IMG/VR virus record: IMGVR_UViG_3300032274_000021
Strand: one strand, 5' to 3'
Source: a virus
DNA: 38,172 bases
Below are positions 1 through 8,322 of the stretch, piece after piece. The notes below the pieces were generated by a model. The model saw nothing but the letters and a program-made list of their open reading frames with translations. It was not told where the DNA came from and did not search any database. Both the position numbers and the translations under genes were made by a program. The first letter of the stretch is position 1; every line of letters begins with the position of its first letter.

Positions 1-127
1 AAGCACCTTCCCCTCGCGCTGTACCAATGGCCCCATCGTTAGCATGGCGCGGTCAAGTGCTTCTTTTGACCGCCCGCGCAAGGTGCGTGTACGGTAATTG
101 CCATGCTGTGTGGTGCCACCGATGTTA
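1..127. repeat. Terminal overlap copy 1. It is identical to 38046-38172, which indicates a circular assembly with a 38045-bp unit.
   Basis: By direct comparison, both ends read aagcaccttcccctcgcgctgtaccaatgg...gtggtgccaccgatgtta. Confidence 0.95.
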
Positions 128-201
128 TCGATTACCATGCGGGCCAATTCGGTCTGTTCGCCTGTGATGGCTGAGTGAAGTTCAACGCGAACGATAATCA
201 T
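1..201 (-). CDS. Conserved hypothetical protein, N-terminal part (MIIVRVELHSAITGEQTELARMVIDNIGG...). The CDS is split by the linearisation point and continues at 38045->37953, for 97 aa in total.
   Basis: The ATG at 201-199 overlaps the stop of the upstream gene (ATGA). The frame stays open to base 1 and, across the circular junction, to a TGA at 37955-37953. Confidence 0.7.
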   Translation of the reverse strand, partial: MIIVRVELHSAITGEQTELARMVIDNIGGTTQHGNYRTRTLRGRSKEALDRAMLTMGPLVQREGKVL

Positions 202-854
202 GCTGCGATCCTTTCCATTGCTGCATCGCCCAGCTGGCGCGCGATGGCAGCGGCCAGACCGGGATAGGTTTCACTGCGCTTGCGCGCGCGATCGGGGCCG
301 GGCGGTTCGCGGTGAACCGCGCTCCATGCCTTGTGTTCGGCGGTTCCGGCCTTGGGCGGGGTCAGTTTGTTGGTGGGTTTCAGCCTGGGCAGGTTGATCA
401 GTTCCAGCCCGGTGGCCTTGAAATAGGGATCGCCAAACCACCACGGCTGCACGAATTGGGTTTCACCGCGTCGTGTCTTTTCGATGGCATGGCGGTGCAT
501 CACCGGGTTTTCGACAACGCGGCAGGGTATCTGGCTGGCATCGCGCAGTGCGGTGTAGAATGCTGCTGCCTTGTCCAGTTCGGCCCAGCGCGCCGGATCT
601 GGCCCGTTCACCTTCTTCCCGCCGATATAAAGCCATCTGCCGCCAGAATTGCACAGGATGGTGCAGGGCGGGTGCATCACCGCCATCAAATCCCAGCCAT
701 CATCCAGATGGTTCAGAACATCGTCCCTGATATGATGGTTGCTGCCATCATCCGCCGGTTCGATGTCACATGACCATGCTTCATGGCCCAATGCGGCAAA
801 GGCACGGCGCATGACGCCGGAACGCTCGCAAGCGATCAGAACGCGCAGGCTCAT
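198..854 (-). CDS. Short C5-cytosine-methyltransferase-like protein (function uncertain)
   Basis: It has a PPC motif (HPPCTILCNSG) and an ENP motif (VVENPV), spaced as in Dcm motifs IV and VI. There is no clear FxGxG motif or target-recognition domain. The start at 854 follows a GGAGGA Shine-Dalgarno sequence and overlaps the upstream stop (ATGA). Confidence 0.45.
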   Translation of the reverse strand: MSLRVLIACERSGVMRRAFAALGHEAWSCDIEPADDGSNHHIRDDVLNHLDDGWDLMAVMHPPCTILCNSGGRWLYIGGKKVNGPDPARWAELDKAAAFYTALRDASQIPCRVVENPVMHRHAIEKTRRGETQFVQPWWFGDPYFKATGLELINLPRLKPTNKLTPPKAGTAEHKAWSAVHREPPGPDRARKRSETYPGLAAAIARQLGDAAMERIAA

Positions 855-1051
855 TGAGTATCCTCCGGCCAAGCCTCATGCATCATGAAACTTGCACCGC
901 ATTTGCAACCAGCAGAGTGGTCAGAGAGCGGACCTTCGATGATAAATCTCATGCGCCATTCGCCGCGCGACCATTCAACTTCGCACCCGGCTTCTGACCA
1001 GATGCCTTGCGAATTTCCACAATAGGGGCACACGGGTTTGACAATGCCCAT
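851..1051 (-). CDS. Small zinc-ribbon protein (CPYCG...CKCG)
   Basis: The ORF has two Cys pairs. The start MGIVKPVCPYCG overlaps the upstream stop (TGATG). Confidence 0.55.
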   Translation of the reverse strand: MGIVKPVCPYCGNSQGIWSEAGCEVEWSRGEWRMRFIIEGPLSDHSAGCKCGASFMMHEAWPEDTQ

Positions 1052-1170
1052 CAGCCCGCCCCCAAGATCAGTGCCCACAGGTACAGGCTAACGGGCAGAG
1101 CGAAGATCAGGCCACGCGCAAATGAGCGGCGGGGTGGATTGGCTGTTAAAATCTGGATTGGCATGATCAT
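1051..1170 (-). CDS. 39-aa predicted membrane peptide (MIMPIQILTANPPRRSFARGLIFALPVSLYLWALILGAG)
   Basis: This ORF is not in the supplied track (<60 aa). It exactly fills the gap between two coupled genes, overlaps the stop/start of both neighbours, and has a hydrophobic C-terminal segment. Confidence 0.45.
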   Translation of the reverse strand: MIMPIQILTANPPRRSFARGLIFALPVSLYLWALILGAG

Positions 1171-1583
1171 TCACCTGACCCATCTGGAAAGTAGGAAACA
1201 AAGGTGCCGTCGCGCCGGGTCCATCCTGCTCCAATGATCATGCCCCTAAGCGTGCGTTCAAGGTGGAAATCCGCGAACCCATCAAGGTGATCGGCAACAC
1301 CCACTTCAAGGTCTTCAATGGGCAATACTGACAGCGCATAGCTGGCCGCCCGGCGCGATAGTTCGACCGCAGTTTCTGGCGGGTATGGGATCATCTCTTC
1401 CAGAATGGCAGCGAGGCAATCCCGAATGACGTTCTGTGCCACATTGATCTTGGCCAGATCGGCCGGGAAACCGGATAGCATTTCGGCCATCTCTTTTTCG
1501 CTCCGCTGAAATTCGCTTTGGACCGCTTCGATCATGCGTTTTCTGATCGGATTGTTGGGCTTTCTGAATCGTCCCATGATCAT
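1167..1583 (-). CDS. Hypothetical early protein (138 aa)
   Basis: The ORF is in the coupled early operon, with 4-nt overlaps at both ends. Confidence 0.65.
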   Translation of the reverse strand: MIMGRFRKPNNPIRKRMIEAVQSEFQRSEKEMAEMLSGFPADLAKINVAQNVIRDCLAAILEEMIPYPPETAVELSRRAASYALSVLPIEDLEVGVADHLDGFADFHLERTLRGMIIGAGWTRRDGTFVSYFPDGSGE

Positions 1584-1915
1584 TTCCCCCGCAGCTTAGT
1601 GATGGCGGCGATGGCCATTGCGGCTGTCAGTTCGAGTTGTTTGATCGCTTCGGCGCGGTCGCCATCCTCTTTCAGCGCGCTGGATGCATTGAGGGCGTAA
1701 CAGGCCGCGTCCCTTGACCAGTTCATGCCCAGCTGGACCTGATTGCCCTTTTCGGGCCATGCGGTGTTGACTTCGATCATCTTTTCGCGGGCGGCAATCA
1801 CGCCCAGAAAGGCGGGCCGATCATCATCCCGAACGGCCAGGTTCGACACATCGTAATCAACCATCTGGCTGTTGCGGCCAATGCGTAGCTGCGGGATTTT
1901 TACCGGTGCGCCCAT
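1580..1915 (-). CDS. Hypothetical early protein (111 aa)
   Basis: The ORF is in the coupled early operon. Confidence 0.65.
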   Translation of the reverse strand: MGAPVKIPQLRIGRNSQMVDYDVSNLAVRDDDRPAFLGVIAAREKMIEVNTAWPEKGNQVQLGMNWSRDAACYALNASSALKEDGDRAEAIKQLELTAAMAIAAITKLRGK

Positions 1916-2139
1916 TATGCGAAGCCCAGCGGCTGAACGCGCCGCTGCCCCTGCTGAATTTGCGCCAGGCGCTGGCTTTGTTCGCGCATCGCCCCGCGAT
2001 AGGTGCGGGTATAGAGCGCCTTTTCCAGACGTTCTTCTTCCCGCAATTCGGCATCTGTCAGCCTGCGTTGCAGGCGGATCGATGTCAGTTCATCGCGGCG
2101 GCGATCCTGAACTGCGACAGGGATATTGCGGAGGGTCAT
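1915..2139 (-). CDS. Hypothetical early protein (74 aa), Arg/Glu-rich and probably coiled-coil
   Basis: The ORF is in the coupled early operon. Confidence 0.55.
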   Translation of the reverse strand: MTLRNIPVAVQDRRRDELTSIRLQRRLTDAELREEERLEKALYTRTYRGAMREQSQRLAQIQQGQRRVQPLGFA

Positions 2140-2381
2140 GGTTCAATCCCCGCGTTGGCCATGGCCGACGCAAATGGGATGATCTGGTCTGCTGAAGCGA
2201 ATTTCTTCAGGTCATCCCATTGATGATTGCTCAAATGAAGATGGCCGGGCTTCAGCGTATCCCGTGATGGATAAGGGAAATCATCAACAATACCGATGCA
2301 GCCATAATGTTTGCGCAGGGCATCCGCATTGCGGGTTTTACCGCAAGCCATCGGGCCATAAATGATTATTGTATTGGTCAC
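2136..2381 (-). CDS. Small P-loop (Walker A) protein (81 aa)
   Basis: The N-terminus IIIYGPMACGKT fits the GxxxxGKT Walker A pattern. Confidence 0.55.
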   Translation of the reverse strand: MTNTIIIYGPMACGKTRNADALRKHYGCIGIVDDFPYPSRDTLKPGHLHLSNHQWDDLKKFASADQIIPFASAMANAGIEP

Positions 2382-3157
2382 GCTGCCATCCTTTCGGGTT
2401 GAGAGAACAATTCATCGAAGGCGCGCAGGAAGTGTTCCTCTGCCTCGTCCGGGTGCCATGCGCGGGTGATGCGGATGGCGGTCAGGGCTTCACGGTCCAC
2501 ATTGGCCAGAACCGGCCAGGGGTCTTCAATGCCCTTCAGATCGCGCTGTTCGATGGCCAGCGCCTGCATATCGGCGCGCTTCACGATTTCGTGCCGGCCG
2601 CCAGTCCATTCCACGCCGAACCGGGCGCACAGCCGCTTGTCCAGCACCGCTTCCACCCGGCGATAATCCGGCAGGATGATCTTTAGCGGGCGGGTGATGT
2701 CATGAATGAAGGCTTCGGGCGCATCGTGCATCAGGGCGCAACGGCGCAGGGCCAGCCCACGTTCACCGCCGATCTGGCGGGCCACAGGGCTGACCAGGCG
2801 CAGAACCAGCAGGCAATGCTGGGCGATGGTGTAAAACTGTCTGGTCTGCCCGCTGAAGCGCCCCTGGCGCAGACCGGCGGCAATATCCATTGGCTGGATG
2901 ATGCTGCAATCAGGATCGGCCAGATCAAGATAGCCGCCTGACAGCAGGCGAATGGCCGTGGGGCAGGTATGCGGCACGGTGGCGGCGCTGGCCGGTTCGG
3001 ACAGGTCCAGCTGCGGTGCCGGGCTTTGATTGCCGGAAGCGGTGCAATCATCGCACAGCAGCTTGCCATCGCGCCATTCCCATCCGGGTGGCGGGGCGGA
3101 TGCCATGCCGCCATGGGATTTGCCGCAGTCACAGGTGTAGGTAGATGTATCCATCAT
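2378..3157 (-). CDS. HD-domain phosphohydrolase (YfbR-like 5'-nucleotidase family) with an N-terminal Cys4 zinc ribbon
   Basis: It carries LMHDAPEAFIHDITRPLK (HD motif) and an N-terminal CDCG...CDDC. The start at MMDTSTY (3157) follows an AAGGGG Shine-Dalgarno sequence. The track start at 3256 would overlap the upstream gene. Confidence 0.7.
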   Translation of the reverse strand: MMDTSTYTCDCGKSHGGMASAPPPGWEWRDGKLLCDDCTASGNQSPAPQLDLSEPASAATVPHTCPTAIRLLSGGYLDLADPDCSIIQPMDIAAGLRQGRFSGQTRQFYTIAQHCLLVLRLVSPVARQIGGERGLALRRCALMHDAPEAFIHDITRPLKIILPDYRRVEAVLDKRLCARFGVEWTGGRHEIVKRADMQALAIEQRDLKGIEDPWPVLANVDREALTAIRITRAWHPDEAEEHFLRAFDELFSQPERMAA

Positions 3158-3207
3158 GGTGAAACCCCTTTCAGATAATGAGGGTGAAAAGTGCCTGGTT
3201 ACCCCGC

Positions 3208-3438
3208 TCACCACGGCAGCATGCCAGTGCGAGCCAGCCCTTCCAGAACGCGCCATGCGATCCAGGCCATGCCGGGGATGATGATGCAGAGTTCGACCTT
3301 CAGGACGATGGCATTGATGCGCCTGACGCGTTCCCGCAGCTGCTGATCATGCAGAGAGATGATTTCTTCAGGCGTGATCGGTACGGGCCGATGGCTGTCT
3401 GCAATGATGCGTGCGCGGGGTTTTGACGAGAGTTTCAT
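3208..3438 (-). CDS. Hypothetical protein (76 aa) with a C-terminal hydrophobic segment
   Basis: The ORF is in the coupled operon and contains the segment ELCIIIPGMAWIAWRVL. Confidence 0.5.
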   Translation of the reverse strand: MKLSSKPRARIIADSHRPVPITPEEIISLHDQQLRERVRRINAIVLKVELCIIIPGMAWIAWRVLEGLARTGMLPW

Positions 3439-3965
3439 GCCGCGATCCTTTGTGTGTCGGCAGGTGCCTGTGATTGTCGGGAACGCTGTTTTTCACCCAG
3501 CGTGGGCTGCCCATTTTCGGCGCGCCAGCTGTGGCCGATATTGGCGAAAAAGCGTGCGTGGCTGGTGATGCAGTGGCCCATGCGTTCGCGCTGCGCCCAC
3601 CAGCGCATGGCACAGAGCAATGCGCCCTGCCGCGCTTCATCATCGGTCAAGCGCCCACCATGTTCCGCTGCCTGTTCCAGAAAGCGTTCAATGGCAGTAT
3701 CCAGCGCAGCGATGCGGCCTGCCAGAGTTTCACCCGTTGCAGGCTGGCCATCACCCAGGGCGATCCAGCGCCAATCGCGCGCGATTTCACGCCATGCGGC
3801 CAGATCGGCACGGGCATCATCTTCGGAGATGGCACCTGCCTTCACATGGTCAGGGTATGCCGCGCGGCGGCGGTTGAAGGCGGCCAGCGCCTCTGCTGCG
3901 ATGTCAGCGCGATCATGGATGGCTGCATCGGGGTTTTCGATGGCGGGATGCGTCCAGTCCATCAT
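3435..3965 (-). CDS. Hypothetical early protein (176 aa)
   Basis: The ORF is in the coupled operon. Confidence 0.65.
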   Translation of the reverse strand: MMDWTHPAIENPDAAIHDRADIAAEALAAFNRRRAAYPDHVKAGAISEDDARADLAAWREIARDWRWIALGDGQPATGETLAGRIAALDTAIERFLEQAAEHGGRLTDDEARQGALLCAMRWWAQRERMGHCITSHARFFANIGHSWRAENGQPTLGEKQRSRQSQAPADTQRIAA

Positions 3966-4342
3966 TCCATCCCCAGCGCGGATTTATAGGCATCCAGCAG
4001 CATTTCTGCTTCCATGCGCAGATCAGGGTTCATCTTGCGCAGACGAATGATCGCATCGATCGTTTTGTTATCGAAGCCGATGGCCTTGGCTTCGGATGCG
4101 ACATCGCGCAGATCATCATTAATGCCTTGCCGTTCTTCCAGCAGGCGTTCCTTGCGTTCGATTATGATCTTCAGCCGCTGGGCTGATTCATCAGGATTGG
4201 CATGAATATCCGCCGGTTGGATGCGCGTTTTCTTCTTCCCCTTGGCCGGGGGCAGGGGCCGGAATTCGTGTCGGATACCGCCCTGGCCATCTGGCACGGG
4301 GACAAGGCCCATGCGGACGCCATCGCCTGATTTATCGCTCAT
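3962..4342 (-). CDS. gapR: GapR/DUF2312-family DNA-binding protein with a ~45-aa N-terminal extension
   Basis: The C-terminal 80 aa (RLKIIIERKERLLEERQGINDDLRDVASEAKAIGFDNKTIDAIIRLRKMNPD) match my recollection of the UPF0335/GapR family. Confidence 0.7.
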   Translation of the reverse strand: MSDKSGDGVRMGLVPVPDGQGGIRHEFRPLPPAKGKKKTRIQPADIHANPDESAQRLKIIIERKERLLEERQGINDDLRDVASEAKAIGFDNKTIDAIIRLRKMNPDLRMEAEMLLDAYKSALGME

Positions 4343-7137
4343 ATCGGCAATCCCTTTTCAGCGGGTTGGAAGGCTTGTTCGGGTGGCTTCTGGAACACCC
4401 AGCAATGGCGCGCCTTGCCATCGCGGCAGTTGACGACGCTCTGCCCCAGAAACTTTCTGGATTTGCTGGTGGGCAGCAGCTTCTTCAGTTCGAGGATCGA
4501 CCCGCCCGGCATGGTCATGCGGTGGGCGGCGAATTGCTGTTCAATTTCCGCCATGCGGAAGGCGATCAGCGATTCCTTGCGATGGTGGTTCAGGCCATCC
4601 GCCTCCACCGCCAGCTTGCCTTCGGTCATCTTCTGATCGATGAAATCGAAGGTTTCCCAGAACTGCTGCACAATCGGGTGATCGGCACCCAGCGCGCCAT
4701 GTTGTGACAGGCACATCTGGCGGATCAGCGCGTGCCCTTCTGCCAGTTCGGCCACGGAAAACAGCGATTTGCCATCCAGCGTCATGGCTTTTGACAGGCA
4801 ATCCAGAGCGGTCGCCAGCTGGGCATGGTTGAAGGCAAGCCGGTCATTCTGCACTTCAGGTTCGGCCATCAGCGCAGCCTCGTGGACAGGGAAGCGATTG
4901 TTGAAATATTCGATGATCTGGGCTTCCTGCCGGATCATGGCCACGATCCAGTGGGACACCTGATCAACGTCCAGCTTCTTCAGTCGTTCACCTGCTGCCT
5001 TGCCCTCTGCCGTGAAGCGGCTTTTATCGACAAACAGGGGCAGGATGCGTTCCAGCACCGCATCTTCTGCATCGCGCACAGGGTGATTCTGGGCGATGAC
5101 GATGGAGCCACGGAAGGGCGGGCTGAATGTGTCGGTGCCCGCATTGGCCACGCCGCGCGTGCGGGGGCTGTGGCCGTTGTAAATCTTTTTGAGTTCTGAC
5201 CAGTTGAAGCGGCGGGCCGCTGGCTGATCCTTGTCCCGGTCCCCTTCCAGCAGAACCACGGGCAGATTGCCATATTTCACCAGTTCGCGGCTGATACCGG
5301 CGGCGGTGGCGCTGGCAGGGTCAAACCCTTCATAATTGTGGCGGCGGCCCACCAGCTTCCACAGGAAAATCAGCATGGTGGATTTGCCCGATCCGGGCGG
5401 CCCCGCGATTTCCAGAAAGCCCAGGCTTTGCTGATCGCGCCTGATCTGTTCGGCAAAAAGCGAGAGGAAGAACCACGCCAGCGAGACAAGGCCCAGCGAA
5501 CCGAATGCGGTATGGAAATCTTCCCACCATGAATAATCCAGCGTGTTCGGATCATAATCGATGGCGAATTCGGCAGTGGCGCTGTGCGGCTTCACCCCCA
5601 CCTTGCCGATTTCAAAATAGTCTTCGTCATTCAGCTTGACGACGCGGCCCTGTGTGACGGCGATATCATCAAACATCCATGCGCCGTGTTCGATCGAATA
5701 GCCGGAGAAATAGAGGGCATCGACGGTGCGAATGCCGTCCAGCTGGCGTTCCATCAGCCTGTCCAGCTGGTATGTCGTGCCGGTGTAGATGCCGCCGGGG
5801 GCAACCGATATCAGGCGTTTTTTGAATTCTGCGGAACCGGCGATTGCGGGGCCGGGAAAGTTGGCCTTTACCGTGTCCTGTTTGCCGGGGAAATCGACGC
5901 GGACGTAATAGCTGCTGTCATTGATCGCGGCATCACGCTGGAAATACAGGGCGCGAAACACGCAATTGGCGATTTCGAGAATTTCCACCGCTTCACGCGC
6001 GGCCAGATCCCACTTTTCCTCATTCGACAGGGCGGCCAGCGTCTTGTCTTCATCATAGGACTGGATCAGTTCATTGATCCGCTGGACAGAGAATTTGGCC
6101 CAAAGCTGGCGGGTCTTGAAGGTCAGCGGGAATTCTGCCCGCCTGCTGCGGCGATAGAGCAGGAACGCCTTTTCCGCCGCGCTTTCAGCAATGGTGATGT
6201 CACCATTTTCCAGATAGGAATCCAGTTTTTCGGCGGTCAGCTGGCCCAGCTGGAACAGATCATTCCAATCCTGTTTCGCGCCTTCGCCATCGGGGCGGAC
6301 CTGTGCGGCGCGCGCGGTCCACCCTTCATCGCGCGCCTGCGCCACCCATTTGCGGGTATAGCGCACACCCGCTGCGCCGACATCAAAGGCAAAGACAAGG
6401 GTGGGTCGCTTAGCCCCCACACCCCGTTTCGCCACCGCCTCTGCCAGCTGGGCCATCCATTTGGCAGGATAGAAATTGGTGGACATGCTGGCTGCGGCGC
6501 GCGCCCGTGGCCGCACCTTTTCAAACGCCTCCCCCAGCGCGATGGCATCAAAGATGCCCTCTGCGATCCAGATTTCATCGGCGGTGGCCAGATCATCAAA
6601 TGTCAGCGATGGGTGGTGCCAGGCGTGGCCTGATGCCTTGTACCCATATTTGAAATTCGCCTTCTTCTTCCCGAAGCGATAGGGGCGATCAATGATCCGC
6701 TCCCACCAGCCATCATCGGGCAAGGGAAAGCGGACAGTGGCCGAACCGTGGCCGATCTTGCGGTCCTGATACCATTCCTGGGTGTAGGCACCGCCCAGCT
6801 TAACTTCGTTAAATCCGCGCCCATCGCGCAGATATGCCTTGGCGGCGGCGTGCGGGTCTTTTTCGGATTGCTTGTGCCGGTCTGACCAATTGTCAAACAG
6901 ATCATCATACAGTTCCTTGACCGGCCATTCCTGCCCGCATTTGCTTTCGCGCCCGCAGCGCAGCACCCACGGTTTTTGCGAATGGATATAGAGCGATTTG
7001 TCCCGGCATGCCGGGCACTTGCCGCCGCGCAGCCATTCGCCACCTGTGGACGTGAATTTGTAATCGTCCTTCAGGCGTTTGATAATGTCTTGGCGAAGCC
7101 GGTCTTGCATGAATGGGTTGCTTTGTTCTGGATGCAA
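4339..7137 (-). CDS. Bifunctional primase/SF3 helicase (P4-alpha-like replication protein)
   Basis: It has an N-terminal Zn finger (GGKCPACRDK...CGRESKCGQ), a Toprim-like segment (IWIAEGIFDAIAL), a Walker A motif (GPPGSGKST) and a Walker B-like motif (VVLLEGDRD). Confidence 0.85.
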   Translation of the reverse strand: MHPEQSNPFMQDRLRQDIIKRLKDDYKFTSTGGEWLRGGKCPACRDKSLYIHSQKPWVLRCGRESKCGQEWPVKELYDDLFDNWSDRHKQSEKDPHAAAKAYLRDGRGFNEVKLGGAYTQEWYQDRKIGHGSATVRFPLPDDGWWERIIDRPYRFGKKKANFKYGYKASGHAWHHPSLTFDDLATADEIWIAEGIFDAIALGEAFEKVRPRARAAASMSTNFYPAKWMAQLAEAVAKRGVGAKRPTLVFAFDVGAAGVRYTRKWVAQARDEGWTARAAQVRPDGEGAKQDWNDLFQLGQLTAEKLDSYLENGDITIAESAAEKAFLLYRRSRRAEFPLTFKTRQLWAKFSVQRINELIQSYDEDKTLAALSNEEKWDLAAREAVEILEIANCVFRALYFQRDAAINDSSYYVRVDFPGKQDTVKANFPGPAIAGSAEFKKRLISVAPGGIYTGTTYQLDRLMERQLDGIRTVDALYFSGYSIEHGAWMFDDIAVTQGRVVKLNDEDYFEIGKVGVKPHSATAEFAIDYDPNTLDYSWWEDFHTAFGSLGLVSLAWFFLSLFAEQIRRDQQSLGFLEIAGPPGSGKSTMLIFLWKLVGRRHNYEGFDPASATAAGISRELVKYGNLPVVLLEGDRDKDQPAARRFNWSELKKIYNGHSPRTRGVANAGTDTFSPPFRGSIVIAQNHPVRDAEDAVLERILPLFVDKSRFTAEGKAAGERLKKLDVDQVSHWIVAMIRQEAQIIEYFNNRFPVHEAALMAEPEVQNDRLAFNHAQLATALDCLSKAMTLDGKSLFSVAELAEGHALIRQMCLSQHGALGADHPIVQQFWETFDFIDQKMTEGKLAVEADGLNHHRKESLIAFRMAEIEQQFAAHRMTMPGGSILELKKLLPTSKSRKFLGQSVVNCRDGKARHCWVFQKPPEQAFQPAEKGLPI

Positions 7138-7197
7138 AAATCCGCCCGTTCGCGCGCGCGGCGCGATCGGTTGGACCTTTTGTGTCGGAAGTTCGGA

Positions 7198-7551
7198 TCA
7201 GTCCCTTTGGCTGGCGCTGATCATGTCGAAGATGGATGTCTGGCCAAAATCATGGCCCGGCGGGCGTTCCTGATCGACCTTGGCCGGTCTGAATTCCTCA
7301 CCCAGCCCGCTGGGGGACAGGGTTTTTTCAAATGCCAGGCTGGCCACCCAGGTCATGCCGCATTTGATATTCTGGCAGACGTAATAAAGCCGCCTATAGG
7401 TGGGTGAAATTTCTTCGGAACTGCGGGTCAATGCCTTGTGATCGCACACAGGGCAGCGGCAAACAGGTGCCTTGCCATGATGGCGTTCTGCCACTGGCGT
7501 TTCCGCGCCATTGTTCTTGTGCGTTGCAGGCAGGGACATGGGCATGTTCAT
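7198..7551 (-). CDS. ogr: Ogr/Delta-family zinc-finger late transcription activator
   Basis: CRCPVCDHKALTRSSEEISPTYRRLYYVCQNIKCGMTW matches the CxxC-N22-CxxxxC pattern and the QN..C signature of P2 Ogr. Confidence 0.85.
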   Translation of the reverse strand: MNMPMSLPATHKNNGAETPVAERHHGKAPVCRCPVCDHKALTRSSEEISPTYRRLYYVCQNIKCGMTWVASLAFEKTLSPSGLGEEFRPAKVDQERPPGHDFGQTSIFDMISASQRD

Positions 7552-8012
7552 GCTGTTTCCCCCTGGTGTGCGGAAAGATTGGTGAGCGTGGCCAGCCCAT
7601 CGGTCAGAACATCAATTGCCTCTTCAATTTCCTTGCGCGCGGCGCGCTGGGTGGCGGGGCAATCGGCATTCAGGCCCGCATCAATCATGGCGGACAGGGC
7701 TTCGCCCGTTTCCTTGGCGGCCAGCTTTGCCACATTGGTCAATTCGCGGGCGGCAGCTTCGCGTGATGCGATATCCTGTCGCAGCCCCATCAGGCGATGG
7801 AATGGTGCGTGGTTGCCGCCATGTTCCACATAGGCGCGATCCAACCGTTCGGCATCGATCATGCGAATTTCGATTTCGCAATCATGATCTGACCAGTTTC
7901 GCACTGACCGTTCTGACACCCCGCAAATCGCGCCGCAGCGATCCCACCCGATCAGGGCGGCCACCACGGTCAGCGTGTGCTGATAGGTCAATGGTTCGCG
8001 GCGCTTGGTCAT
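7548..8012 (-). CDS. Possible CII (CP76/186-type) lysogeny-establishment regulator, or a hypothetical HTH protein
   Basis: It lies immediately downstream of cro. It has an HTH-like segment (GAICGVSERSVRNWS) and a helical C-terminal half (KETGEALSAMIDAG...RKEIEEAIDVL) reminiscent of the CP76 family. Confidence 0.4.
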   Translation of the reverse strand: MTKRREPLTYQHTLTVVAALIGWDRCGAICGVSERSVRNWSDHDCEIEIRMIDAERLDRAYVEHGGNHAPFHRLMGLRQDIASREAAARELTNVAKLAAKETGEALSAMIDAGLNADCPATQRAARKEIEEAIDVLTDGLATLTNLSAHQGETA

Positions 8013-8311
8013 GCGCCACCCCGCTGCATTTCGTCCCCATTATTGAAGGGGACGCGGGTGGCATGGTGATCTACACCGATGAAACGGTTCGCATGAACAG
8101 GATGGTGAATATCAGGCCGCAACCAGTAACGTGAAACACCAGTGGCAGCTTCCACTGACAAGATGTGTTCCGCCGGAAGGCGCTTGGAACTTTGCAACCA
8201 TTTCCAAACGGCAGTCTGCGAAACTTCACAGATCGCCGCCAGCTTTGCCTGACTGCCTGCTTTTTCAACCGCCAGTTGTAGTGCCTCGAAAGGTGTTGGT
8301 GCTGCGTTCAT
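8009..8311 (-). CDS. Cro/YdaS-like HTH regulator, first gene of the early operon
   Basis: It has an HTH segment (QAKLAAICEVSQTAVWKWLQ) and is divergent from cI across the operator region. Confidence 0.75.
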   Translation of the reverse strand: MNAAPTPFEALQLAVEKAGSQAKLAAICEVSQTAVWKWLQSSKRLPAEHILSVEAATGVSRYWLRPDIHHPVHANRFIGVDHHATRVPFNNGDEMQRGGA

Positions 8312-8322
8312 GGGTGACGAAA

